A stretch of DNA of 64,000 bases, taken from Candidatus Latescibacterota bacterium. Its GTDB lineage: Bacteria; Latescibacterota; UBA2968; UBA8231. Under the pieces are notes generated by a model. It was not told the DNA's origin. It worked only from the letters and a program-made list of their open reading frames with translations, and searched no databases. Where the stretch lies: positions 1,408,001 through 1,472,000 of the forward strand of contig CBDFJF010000002.1 of NCBI GenBank assembly GCA_965248265.1. Direction: 5' to 3'. Of this stretch, positions 45,835 to 55,255 are shown piece by piece (positions within the stretch are counted from its first letter, which is position 1; each line of letters starts with the position of its first letter). Position numbers and translations under genes: made by a program.

Positions 45835-46743
45835 ATGGCTCGATTTGATCAGATGAAAGGGGTTTTCGGCCTGTTGCCGACGCCCTATTCCGAAGACCTG
45901 GAAATCCACATTGATGACCTGCGCGCCGTCGCCAACTTTTGCTGCGAAAGCGGTCAGCACGGTATCGTCTGGCCGGTCATGGTCGGCGAGTTCTATTTCC
46001 TCGGCGAGGAAGAGCGGGTGCGCGGACTGGACGCAGTGCTCGAGGAAGTGAACGGCCGCCTGCCGGTGGTCTTCGGCTGCTCGGGGGTGTCAGTGCCGCA
46101 GGTACTCGGTTTCGCTCGCGCGGCACAGACTGCTTCGGCCGACGCCATCATTGCCATGGCACCCGATCGCTGCGATCAAGCTACGGCCATCGAAATGTTC
46201 CGGCGGCTGGCCGAGGCCTATGACGGCCCGATCATGGTACAGAACGCGGACCGTTACGCGCCCCTGCGGGGTGAGCAAATCGCTGCTCTGGTCGACGAGA
46301 TTCCGCAGATCGAATACATCAAGGAGGAACGGCAACCCTGTCCCAAACACATTGCCGAAGTGGCGCAACTGGTAGGCGACAAGGTGAAATGCATCTTCGG
46401 CGGGGCGGCTGGCAGGTTCCTGCCCGACGAATTACGACGCGGCGCCAACGGCAACATGCCGGCCTGTGAGCTGGCTGATGTGCTGTCGAAGGTCGCCGAG
46501 TTGTGGTGGGCAGGGCAGGAAGACGAAGCCCGCGCCCTGCATCGACGGCTGCTGCCGTTGCTCAATCTGGAGTCGCATCCGCTAATGCGCTACATACTGA
46601 AACGGCGTGGTGTCTTTACTACGGTCGTAGAACGGGCTCCGGCCGGTGTGCAGGCGCTGGACGACGAAGACAAGAACGAGATCTCCATACTGTTGAAAGC
46701 GATCGAAGCGGATATCGAAGTGTTTCCGGTAGGAGCGGAATAG
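45835..46743 (+). CDS. Dihydrodipicolinate synthase/class I aldolase family protein
   Basis: G...LLPTPY, VGEF..L..EER, V.GR.PVVFG, Schiff-base YIKEE. Confidence 0.88.
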   Translation: MARFDQMKGVFGLLPTPYSEDLEIHIDDLRAVANFCCESGQHGIVWPVMVGEFYFLGEEERVRGLDAVLEEVNGRLPVVFGCSGVSVPQVLGFARAAQTASADAIIAMAPDRCDQATAIEMFRRLAEAYDGPIMVQNADRYAPLRGEQIAALVDEIPQIEYIKEERQPCPKHIAEVAQLVGDKVKCIFGGAAGRFLPDELRRGANGNMPACELADVLSKVAELWWAGQEDEARALHRRLLPLLNLESHPLMRYILKRRGVFTTVVERAPAGVQALDDEDKNEISILLKAIEADIEVFPVGAE

Positions 46744-46749
46744 CAGGCA

Positions 46750-48180
46750 TCAGTTGGATTCCACGGCACGCTGCCATTGTTCGAAGTAGCCATGCAGTGC
46801 CGGGTCATCGAATCTCTCGATGCGCCCAAGCTGCAGCGGTGACTCGACATCGTCCGCCTCCCAGGCCGGCAACATGCCGGCGCCGACGGCCGTGCCCTCT
46901 GTTTCGTGGTTGACGAAGCAGTGATCGCAGCCGGCCAGCGTCGCCAGTAAGCGGCAATACAATTCATTGTTGACGAAGCCGCCGTCGATCATGAGGTTGC
47001 CATCCATTTCGAGCATGCGTGTGCTCGTCGCCGTCATTAGGGCGCAATAGAGTGTCACCCGCGCCAGCATCTCTCCGCTGGTTTGCGGCTCGGGTCCCAG
47101 AGTAGACCCCTGTCGGCCCATGTAGGGTCCGCCGGGGGCGTAGGATGGCAGCAGCATGCTTTTTTGCACGATCACTTTACGCAGGTCGGCTTCGGTGAAC
47201 GACGCTCTGCTGTCGCCGGCCTCGCTGGTGAGGATTTCGAACTCCCGGCCACCCATGTAGCGGGCAACCGGCAGCGACTCGCCCATGAGATCGACGATCG
47301 CCATGGTGTCGCGTTCTTCATTCAATCTGTCTAGGGGTAAGCGCGGGCTGATCATGACAACCCAGGTGCCGGTGGAGACCAGGCTGAAGGGTGCGGAGCA
47401 CGCCCTCAGGTAGAGGCTGTAGGCGGAATTGCTGTCGTGGATTCCGTTGTACACGAGGCAATCGGCCGGTAGACCCGTGCTCGAGGCGATTTCCGGACGC
47501 AGCGATCCCAGTGCGGCATAGGCCGGTTGCAGCGGCGGAAAGAGCCGAACCCATCCCTGGCGCTCGACGAGGCTCGAGAAGCGCCGTTTGCGCGGGTCCC
47601 ACAGATGCGCATGGCAACCCACAGAGGTGATTTCGCTGGCCGTCACGCCACACAGTCGCCAAGCCCAGTATTGCGGATAGGTGAGTAACCAGTTGGCGCG
47701 GGTAAAGTCCTCGGGGAAATCCCGCTGCAACCAGAACAGGTGGCGACCAAGATTCAATCCGGCCGGCAGGTTCGGCGATTGGGTCTCGGCAAAGGTGGGT
47801 GCCACATCGCGAAAAGCTTCAGCCGTTTCATCGGGCACTTCGGTTTCGTAGTCGACGATAGGCAGTACCAGTTCATCGGCATTGACCAGGGCTGCCGTGC
47901 AGCCATGGGTAGTCGGCACGATGGCATCGATCACACGATTTGCAGCGAAATCCGCCGCGGCCTCCAACAGGAATTGCCAGATCTTTTCAGTGTCCACATG
48001 CGGATACGGCGGTCCATCGAGACTCTCGTTGCGGAGTCTCGCTGTATCCAGGATGGTTCCTGCCTTGTCCATCACCAGCAGCACGACGTTGGTCTTGCCC
48101 ACGTCGAGGACAAGAGTGCACGACTGCTGGGAGCAGGTCTGCTGGGAGCAGGACTGACCTCGAGTCGGGGGATCGGGCAC
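46750..48180 (-). CDS. FGGY-family carbohydrate kinase (fuculo/rhamnulokinase-like)
   Basis: VLDVGKTN, TTHG, YPQYWAWRL.G, GIHDSN, STGTW, RYMGGRE. Confidence 0.88.
   Translation of the reverse strand: MPDPPTRGQSCSQQTCSQQSCTLVLDVGKTNVVLLVMDKAGTILDTARLRNESLDGPPYPHVDTEKIWQFLLEAAADFAANRVIDAIVPTTHGCTAALVNADELVLPIVDYETEVPDETAEAFRDVAPTFAETQSPNLPAGLNLGRHLFWLQRDFPEDFTRANWLLTYPQYWAWRLCGVTASEITSVGCHAHLWDPRKRRFSSLVERQGWVRLFPPLQPAYAALGSLRPEIASSTGLPADCLVYNGIHDSNSAYSLYLRACSAPFSLVSTGTWVVMISPRLPLDRLNEERDTMAIVDLMGESLPVARYMGGREFEILTSEAGDSRASFTEADLRKVIVQKSMLLPSYAPGGPYMGRQGSTLGPEPQTSGEMLARVTLYCALMTATSTRMLEMDGNLMIDGGFVNNELYCRLLATLAGCDHCFVNHETEGTAVGAGMLPAWEADDVESPLQLGRIERFDDPALHGYFEQWQRAVESN
48124..48152. repeat. 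15-bp-period tandem repeat in the kinase 5' end
   Basis: CTGCTGGGAGCAGG twice, giving CSQQ(T/S)C repeats. Confidence 0.8.
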
Positions 48181-48195
48181 GGGATTGGCGCTTGG

Positions 48196-48828
48196 TCAGT
48201 TGGCGGGTGGCTGCTGGAAGGAGTCGAGTTTGGCGTAGCCGGGTACCTCGGCGCTTCCCAGCTGTGGCTCGAGCCGGCGGGTGTCGATGATGAATCGGGC
48301 TGCCTGATCCACTGCCTGGGTGCTGTTGAACGCCTCCCCCAGAGAATCTCCGATAGCAAAACTGCCGTGCCACTTTAAGATGGCGGTAGGGCTGACGGTG
48401 AGGGCGTCGGCCATCTCTTCAGCCAGCAGATCCCACTTCATGTAACCGGCAGCGCGGATGCAATGCACCTTCTCGCCAAGGTAGTAGATATTGTTCTCGT
48501 CGATCGGGCAGATGACGTCGGTGTAATAGGATAGCAGGGTGGCGTGGTAGGGGTGAGCGTGCACGATGGCGGCGGCCTCGGTCTTGCGGAAGATGGCCCG
48601 ATGCATGTCGAGAGTGGCCGAGGCGCCTTCGACCGGCTCGTCATCGTCAACGCCGGCGAGGAAGAGGTCTTCAGCGTGCAGGGCTCGTTTGGCTGAAAAG
48701 TGCCCGGTGATCGCCAAGCGATCTCCCTCGCGCACGCTGAAGTTTCCGCCCATCAAATGGACCATACCCGAGACCACCAGCTTCTCGCTGATGTCAGTCA
48801 TCTCGGCTGCGATTGTTTCCAGGTTCAT
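48196..48828 (-). CDS. Class II aldolase/adducin family protein
   Basis: GGNFSVR, MH..I, AIVHAHP, L..HG. Confidence 0.88.
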   Translation of the reverse strand: MNLETIAAEMTDISEKLVVSGMVHLMGGNFSVREGDRLAITGHFSAKRALHAEDLFLAGVDDDEPVEGASATLDMHRAIFRKTEAAAIVHAHPYHATLLSYYTDVICPIDENNIYYLGEKVHCIRAAGYMKWDLLAEEMADALTVSPTAILKWHGSFAIGDSLGEAFNSTQAVDQAARFIIDTRRLEPQLGSAEVPGYAKLDSFQQPPAN

Positions 48829-50240
48829 GGTGGAGCCGTCATCTTTCCCGGGTTCAGGATTCCATTCGGATCGATAGCGTACTTCATGCGACGGATCAGC
48901 TCCAGTCCACTGCCGAGGTAAGGGGCCACGTGGTTGCGGCGGATGTGACCGATGCCGTGATGATGAGAAATCGCGGCCCCGCATTGGAGCGCCGTCTGCA
49001 TGGCAACGTCCCAAATCCGGTTGAGCGTCTGCGCGGCCGCGGCATCGTCGGCAGCCTGACCGAGCAGAATCAAGTAGAGCGAGGTGCCCTGGGCATAGGC
49101 GTGAGAAAAGTGGCCCAAGACTTGATCGGCATGGGGTTCCAGCGCCGTCTTCATCATCTCGTAGGTGGTCTCGATCTCGCTCCAGAAGTGGGCGACCTCG
49201 ATGGTCTCGGCGAGGCCGCCGGGTGTGTCCAGGATGTTCTCGACGGCGGAGAAGTCGAAGCGGCGCTGCATCCAGGCTTCCACCGGCTTGCGACCCAGCG
49301 CTTGGCCGCCGTGCTGGTGGCAGATGTCGAGGAGGGCAGCCATTTCGGCTCCGGCGACGGATTCGAGTCCCTCGCAGCCGACGAACATGACGGGTGCCGC
49401 GAACTTATCGTCGTGCATGGCATGGCTGGACTCGTCCTCGTCGTAGAGGCGCACCAGAAAGGGTCGCAGGTGGTGTCCCATGAATACGCGCATGGCTTCC
49501 AGTCCGTCATGGAGCTCAGGAAACTTGAGGCACTCGAAGAGGCGAGTCTCGGGCAGCTCGAAGATTTTGAGATTGACCTCGGTGATGACGCCCATCATGC
49601 CCTCGGCGCCGATGAAGAGGTGGCGCAGGTCCGGTCCGACTGCGGCTCTTGGAGTATTAGGAGTCGTGATCGACTGGCCATCGGGCAGCACCGCCGTGCA
49701 GGAGATGCACAGATCCTCGATGCTACCCCAGCGGCTCGAAAACTGACCGCTGGCCCGGGTGGACAGCCAGCCTCCAACAGTGGAGCGATCCAGTGACTGG
49801 GGCGAGTGATTGAGGGTGAAGCCAAGCTGGTTGAGTTCCCCTTCGAGGTGGTGCCCCATCTTGCCGGCTTCGACGCGCACGAACTGATTGACGGTGTTGA
49901 CCTCGAGCGTCCGATTCATGGCCGAGAGGTCCAGGCTGATGCCGCCCTGCGCGAGGGGTGCTCCGGTGACGGCTGAGCCGGCCCCCCAGGGGGTCACCGC
50001 GACTGCGTGCTCGTTCGCCCAAACCAGTAGCATTGCGACCTCGTCATGATCTCGAGGAATCGCAATAAGGTCGGGACGCAATGGGGTCTGGCCCTGTCTT
50101 CGCCACTTGGCAGCCAACGGGGAGGCGTCATAACAGTGGCGTTCTATCTCTATCGCCTCCACGGACAGGCGGTCGCGGGGAATCACCGTCAGCAGGTCAT
50201 CCAGGTCGATCAAGCAGGTTGATTTGCGCGGGGTCGCCAT
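48825..50240 (-). CDS. FAD-linked oxidase (alkyl-DHAP synthase/GlcD-like)
   Basis: PWGAGSAVTG, HSPQS...STVGGW, GPDL..LFIGAEG.MGVIT, HFSH.Y, SHHHGIG, DPNGILNPGK. Confidence 0.9.
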   Translation of the reverse strand: MATPRKSTCLIDLDDLLTVIPRDRLSVEAIEIERHCYDASPLAAKWRRQGQTPLRPDLIAIPRDHDEVAMLLVWANEHAVAVTPWGAGSAVTGAPLAQGGISLDLSAMNRTLEVNTVNQFVRVEAGKMGHHLEGELNQLGFTLNHSPQSLDRSTVGGWLSTRASGQFSSRWGSIEDLCISCTAVLPDGQSITTPNTPRAAVGPDLRHLFIGAEGMMGVITEVNLKIFELPETRLFECLKFPELHDGLEAMRVFMGHHLRPFLVRLYDEDESSHAMHDDKFAAPVMFVGCEGLESVAGAEMAALLDICHQHGGQALGRKPVEAWMQRRFDFSAVENILDTPGGLAETIEVAHFWSEIETTYEMMKTALEPHADQVLGHFSHAYAQGTSLYLILLGQAADDAAAAQTLNRIWDVAMQTALQCGAAISHHHGIGHIRRNHVAPYLGSGLELIRRMKYAIDPNGILNPGKMTAPP

Positions 50241-50368
50241 AGCCTCAGTGCCCAGGTCGATAGGGAGACTGCCGTCGAAGGATACGCCCTTTTGAGGGGA
50301 CCTGGCAACGGCACATCGAAGCCGTTTCCCGGGTTCACTCGGAAGGCTCCTGTTCATAGATTCTTCTG

Positions 50369-50806
50369 ATGGCCGCCCCGTACCTGATCCCGCTTCTGCT
50401 GACGCTCGCTGCTTGCGGTGGTCCCAAAGAAGCCACCGTCGAGGCCTGGCTGGATTCGGCCTGGACACCCATTGCCGTTAACGACTATTCGATCGACGGC
50501 CGGCGTGATGGCAAGACGACGAAGGCCGTCGCCAGCTTCGTGCTGCAGGATGGAGCTCAACTGATAGTGGAGGTGGAGGTGTTCTACAACCCGCAACCCA
50601 TCCTCAGCGCCGGTCACTGGTCCTACACAGGCGAAACTTCCTTAGAGGGAACAGTAATCGAGAGGTCCATGAAGTTCTTCGGCGGTCAGGCGGAGGGTCC
50701 CAGCCTTGGTGGCAGATTTCGTCTGGACCATCAGGGGCAGCCACAGTTTCGCATCGTCCTACCTTTGCGTCCCATCAGCAGGCCAACGTGGCCCCAGCAG
50801 CGCTGA
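50369..50806 (+). CDS. Hypothetical lipoprotein
   Basis: Lipobox LAAC; beta-rich sequence. Confidence 0.65.
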   Translation: MAAPYLIPLLLTLAACGGPKEATVEAWLDSAWTPIAVNDYSIDGRRDGKTTKAVASFVLQDGAQLIVEVEVFYNPQPILSAGHWSYTGETSLEGTVIERSMKFFGGQAEGPSLGGRFRLDHQGQPQFRIVLPLRPISRPTWPQQR

Positions 50807-50836
50807 AATAGTGCGACTACTGGTCGGACGCGTCCG

Positions 50837-51685
50837 TCATAATTCGCGCCAAACGCCGTCGATGTCCCGGCCAACAGGCCGCACGGCGTCTTGTCGCTTC
50901 AAGGGCTCCAGCTCTCCGGTTTTCGCATTTCGCTGGGCCAGCAGATACTTCCCGGAGTCGTCAGGCGACGGCATGATCTTGCGGGCTACTATGCGTGTCG
51001 TGCCGGCAATGCGCATCTCGACGCGTCCAATCAGGGCGCCCCGCCGCCGCTCCTCCTTTGAAAGGGGCTCCCCCTCTTCCGCACTGGCACTATCATTGGA
51101 GGGCTCGAGATCATCCGAGCGGTACGAACTGCCCGTTGCTCTTGCCTCCTGCGTCAGGACGGCCAACTCAGGCTCAGATGGACCGAAGGGCTCGGAGAGA
51201 TCGTGGTGTGTCAGGGGTTCCCGCTTGCCGGAGGCGACCTCGACAGCGTGACGGACACAGGCATCGGCATCGATCGTGCTTGGTCTCAGCCCCACTTCGG
51301 AGAGCAGTTCGCGGACCCGGTTGTGCGACTTGAAGCGGGCGATGACCATCGAACCAGAGTGCTGAATCTGCGTCGGAGCCCATCTCAGTTTCGTGCACGC
51401 CGACTGAAAAGCCCGGCGGGCCGAATTCTGGAGACCAGCAGCGACATACCGTTCCGGACTCGACCTGTTGATGGTGACGACCGAGTTCGCCAACGCCCGT
51501 CGCACTGTCCTGTTGACCCGCTGCCCGGTGATGCCAGCATAGTCTGCCTCGAGGGCTCGCTGGAAATCCTGGTGTCTGACCAGGGTGTCTCCACGCTCCA
51601 GTCGAGAGTCGATGCACTTCCACAACTGGCTGTGGATAGTTTCTGATACGTGCCCTACCACTTGGGGCTGAAGTGCAGACGTCAT
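50837..51685 (-). CDS. Hypothetical protein
   Basis: 282-aa ORF from ATG 51685; no family recognised. Confidence 0.55.
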   Translation of the reverse strand: MTSALQPQVVGHVSETIHSQLWKCIDSRLERGDTLVRHQDFQRALEADYAGITGQRVNRTVRRALANSVVTINRSSPERYVAAGLQNSARRAFQSACTKLRWAPTQIQHSGSMVIARFKSHNRVRELLSEVGLRPSTIDADACVRHAVEVASGKREPLTHHDLSEPFGPSEPELAVLTQEARATGSSYRSDDLEPSNDSASAEEGEPLSKEERRRGALIGRVEMRIAGTTRIVARKIMPSPDDSGKYLLAQRNAKTGELEPLKRQDAVRPVGRDIDGVWREL

Positions 51686-51710
51686 TTGTACCACGCTTTG
51701 TAGCCAGTCT

Positions 51711-51750
51711 ATAAAATTGGATAAAACTGGCACAAAACTGATAAAAACAA
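51711..51750. promoter_or_regulatory. Four helically phased A-tracts (10-11 bp period)
   Basis: ATAAAATTGG ATAAAACTGG CACAAAACTG ATAAAAACAA. Confidence 0.5.
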
Positions 51751-52005
51751 GACTGAACGTCAAATCCCCTACACAGCGCGTCCCCAGGAACGGAGTCGAT
51801 GCCCTCAGCAGAGATGTTCATGCGGATCTGCATTTTCTCTCACCTTGGTAGGGTCTGCTAAATGACTGTGGCAACACATTCGTGACATTACCGGGGAAGA
51901 CCGCGATATTCATCGCCCGTGACCCGTCAAATGCTCCGGAGACCGTTCGTGATGGCAGCGGCTGCATGACGCTGCCACACGAGACCTAAGAGGGGAGTGA
52001 TAGGT

Positions 52006-52737
52006 ATGAACATAATCCTGATCGGTTGCGAGTTCGCGGGCAAGACGACGCTGGCAGCCGAGATCGTCAAGTGGTCCGAAGAGACCATGGGGTTCAGCAG
52101 CCCCTTCCACGACCACTTCACGATTCCCAATGCGGAGCTGTCCGCAGAGGCGGGTGCCAGCTACGAGGCCGTCCACCCCCAGGTCAAGGAGATGTTCCAG
52201 CGCTTCATGATCTCCTATCACCTGTCCGCCGGGTTCTACAGCCAGCACGACCACAATCTCATGGGGGCCCACATCGAAGAAGCGGTCTATGCGCCACTCT
52301 ACTACGGCTACGGTGGGCCCAACACGGGTTCGCCGATCCGCAGCCCGGAGGGTCAGAGAACTAAGATGGCCCGGCACATGGAGGAGGAGATTCTCGAGAA
52401 GGCGCCCAACACGATCCTGGTGCTGATGAAAGCGACGCCGGAGGTAATTCGAGCACGGATGTCGGCGAACACGTTCGCCGACGCAGCGACCGTCGAGCGC
52501 CAGAAGAAGTCGAAGCTGTTCGGAGAGCCCACCCGGGGTGTCGTGCAGGACAAAGATGTCGAGCACGTCCTGGCCCGATTCGAAGAGGAGTTCGAAACAA
52601 GCCTGATCAAAAACAAACGCGTCCTCGACACCACCAGCGCCACGCTCGAGGAGACGATGGCCGAGTTCGTCGAGGGGGTCACGCCGCTGCTGTCCGACGC
52701 CGACAGAGAGCGCATGGCGCAGCACAAAGGCACTTGA
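52006..52737 (+). CDS. P-loop nucleoside/nucleotide kinase-like protein
   Basis: IILIGCEFAGKTT Walker A; LVLMKA.PEVI.ARM lid; LDT. Confidence 0.7.
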   Translation: MNIILIGCEFAGKTTLAAEIVKWSEETMGFSSPFHDHFTIPNAELSAEAGASYEAVHPQVKEMFQRFMISYHLSAGFYSQHDHNLMGAHIEEAVYAPLYYGYGGPNTGSPIRSPEGQRTKMARHMEEEILEKAPNTILVLMKATPEVIRARMSANTFADAATVERQKKSKLFGEPTRGVVQDKDVEHVLARFEEEFETSLIKNKRVLDTTSATLEETMAEFVEGVTPLLSDADRERMAQHKGT

Positions 52738-52812
52738 AGTACGCCATGCGAGGTCACGCAGCACGGCCTTGAGATCAGCCGCGGCTTTCACGCGATCCCG
52801 AGCAGCGCTGTA

Positions 52813-52956
52813 ATGGCAGCAGACCAGCTGTTCGTCGTCAGCACCCTCACCGATTCCGACGGCATGCTACGTCTATCGGATCGCCGACGGGGATAGACAT
52901 CTGGAGCTGGTGCGGCAGTACGGGGAAATCAGCAATCCGTTCTTCATCGACCTTCA
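52813..52956 (+). pseudogene. N-terminal remnant of a lactonase paralog of 33382-34428
   Basis: MAADQLFVVSTLTDSDG(fs)YVYRIADGDRHLELVRQYGEISNPFFIDL aligns with MADTPLLIVSTQTETDGIFVFKIADGNGSLELLRQTPDIKEPFFIDM. Confidence 0.8.
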
Positions 52957-53296
52957 GCGAAATAGACGATCTCCCGCGCCCCGTCGGGCAGGATGCTTCC
53001 CATGTAAGGCCGTCGTCCTGCGAACGCACGGCAGAGCCGGCGCAGAAGGCCGCCCAAATGGTGGAACCGCTCAGCGACAGGCCGAAAAACAGGCGTTCTG
53101 AATAGCAGCTTGCGGCCCCCGTTCGAATCTGGGTCGAGCAGGATCGAAGATGGTTTCGTTGGGTATGTAGTGCCAGTTGGCCCCGCCGGTGAGGGAAAAA
53201 CTCAGTCCATCGCCGGTCTGCTGGGCCTGGCCGGATACTTCCGTATCGAAAAAGGGTGCTGACCCAGATCGTGTCGCCGACCGCCAGGGCCCAACG
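52954..53296 (-). pseudogene. Internal fragment of an Asp-box beta-propeller gene with several frameshifts
   Basis: ALAVGDTIWVSTL/FDT...GDGLSFSLTGGANW...NAC/FGLSLSGSTIWAAF.AGS.VRSQDDGLTWE/ILPDG. Confidence 0.65.
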
Positions 53297-53298
53297 CT

Positions 53299-53496
53299 GT
53301 GGAGATGGGAAGGCGGGTGCCTCTCGAGTTGGATATCGATGGACTCGCCGAGATCACGCCCTTTGTAGTCGAACTGCGTTACGATTCTGGTTTCTGGCCG
53401 GATCACCACACAGCAGCGGAGGCACTGGCGACGGCAAAGGAGATCTGTTCGCGAGTAGCGAACGCCTTGCCGGGAGAAGCATGTCCCTCATGCTAG
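53299..53496 (+). pseudogene. C-terminal remnant of a HEPN-domain protein
   Basis: LAEITPFVVELRY...WP...AAEALATAKEI resembles the HEPN C-terminal helices. Confidence 0.55.
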
Positions 53497-53509
53497 TTGG
53501 AGTCGCGAA

Positions 53510-54153
53510 ATGAGAATAGGCATCGTCGGCGTGCACTACGGCCACATCGGCGGCATGGTGAGCTCGGCGCGCCATGCGTCGAACGCCGAGATCGTCGGCA
53601 TCGTGGAAGAGGACGACGCGCTCTATGAGCAGTACACGCAGGAATCGACGATCCGTCGATACGGATCGCTGACCGAGATGCTGGCGGAGGCCAGGCCGGA
53701 CGTCGTTTTGGAGGGACTCGCGCACCACGAGAAAGTGGATGCGATCGAGGCGTGCGCTGCTGCCGGCGTCCACGTGTTTCTGGACAAACCGCTGTGCCGG
53801 ACCATGGAAGAATGGCACCGGATCCGCCGGACGGTCGAAACGTCGGAAATCAAGCTCACTATGTTCTTCACCTCCCGTTTTCACCGTCCGTTCATGGCGC
53901 TGAGAGAGGCTGTCCTGGCGGGCGAGCTCGGAGAGATCGTCAGCCTGATCTCGACGCACCCACACAAGCTCGGCGGGTGGGCGCCTGAGTGGTACTTCGA
54001 TCCGAACCAGTATGTGGGCACCTTCAGCGACGTCGCCTGCCACGGAGTCGACCAGGTGCGATGGCTCACCGGCGCCGAGTGCGTCGGCGTTCACGCTTAC
54101 GGTACTTGCAAGAAGCACACAGGTGCGAACCGATTCGAGATGGATCATGTGCA
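53510..54153 (+). pseudogene. Gfo/Idh/MocA oxidoreductase, 3'-truncated
   Basis: IGIVG, GVHVFLDKP, GELGEI, DVACHGVD; homology stops near 54150 where an unrelated fragment begins. Confidence 0.75.
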
Positions 54154-54252
54154 TCTTCTCTCGTATTTTTTCGCGAGAAAGTCAAAGCAACCGAGCTGGT
54201 CGGTGCCTCCCTGATCGTAGCCGCTCTGGTTGTGCTCCTGCTATGGGCATAA
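54151..54252 (+). pseudogene. C-terminal remnant of a DMT/EamA transporter
   Basis: ASSLVFFREKVKATELVGASLIVAALVVLLLWA*. Confidence 0.65.
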
Positions 54253-54641
54253 TCTCATGCGTAATCGCACTATCAGTGCGATGCTCGTAGAAGTACCGGT
54301 TTGGTCGTCCACCCTGTCGTCATCGTGAGCATCGTCAGCTGTGTTCATTGAATCATCCTGCTGTGTATGTTGCTTTGCCTTCAATTTCCAACAAAGCCCG
54401 GAATGACCGATGTTGGTCTGATTGAGGTCCACCAGGTGCCGCAAACGGGGTTAGCGAGAACGGAAAGCGGAGAGCTGAGACGTGCATAAGCCGGGCCTCC
54501 AAGCGCACCACGTTTGCATCCGGCGCTGCACCGAGCGTTTTCTGCTTGCGTGTATTCTGCAGCAGTTTATGGGGTGTTTTGTGGGCAAGTCCGATTTTGG
54601 AAAATCCCTAGCTTGTTGTGAGAGAAAAGAGTAACTCTTGA

Positions 54642-55220
54642 ATGAAGACAGTACCATACCTGCACGAGATCCTGGGCGAGGGTTTCCGTCTGGATCACGA
54701 TCTGGGGATTATCACGATGCGCAAGGGTGCCGAGGGCTTTGCCCTGCACGGGGGGTGTTCACAATCCGGTTTCGACCGTCACCAGTACTACATCTTCAAA
54801 GACGGAAAGATGCACAACGGTCTGACCGTGGCTGCCTACCAACTGGTCGACGTCAATGAAGGCGACGGTGGCTTCTGCCTGGTACCGGGTAGTCACAAGG
54901 GCAACTACGCCTGCCCCGACTCGCTGCGCCGCTTCGAGCGCTACCGTGAATTCGTCAAGCCGGTCCCCTGTAAGGCAGGCGACCGTATCATCTTCACTGA
55001 GGCCGCCGTCCACGGCACCCTGCCCTGGACCTCCGACCGCGATCGCCGCACCGCGCTCTTCCGATTCTCGCCCGGCAACCTGGCCTACATGCCTCACGCC
55101 TGGTCCGAAGAGATGCTGGCACTGCTGACGGACGAGCAGCGCAAGGTACTCGAACCTCCATACCACGTGCGTATGGGTAGACCGGTCCTGGGATCAGAAC
55201 CCGAGTATGGGAGCTGTTAG
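54642..55220 (+). CDS. PhyH-family dioxygenase (apparently lacking its N-terminus)
   Basis: FRLDH, LHGG, DGGFCLVPGSHK, KAGD.IIF.EA..HGT.PW, RR. Confidence 0.75.
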   Translation: MKTVPYLHEILGEGFRLDHDLGIITMRKGAEGFALHGGCSQSGFDRHQYYIFKDGKMHNGLTVAAYQLVDVNEGDGGFCLVPGSHKGNYACPDSLRRFERYREFVKPVPCKAGDRIIFTEAAVHGTLPWTSDRDRRTALFRFSPGNLAYMPHAWSEEMLALLTDEQRKVLEPPYHVRMGRPVLGSEPEYGSC

Positions 55221-55255
55221 ACCAACAGCCAAACAAGGTGGCGGTGCAGGTTCGG

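Noticed and set aside
54253-54641. ncRNA or IS end in this lower-GC intergenic stretch
   Set aside because: No recognisable structure, partner inverted repeat or ORF family
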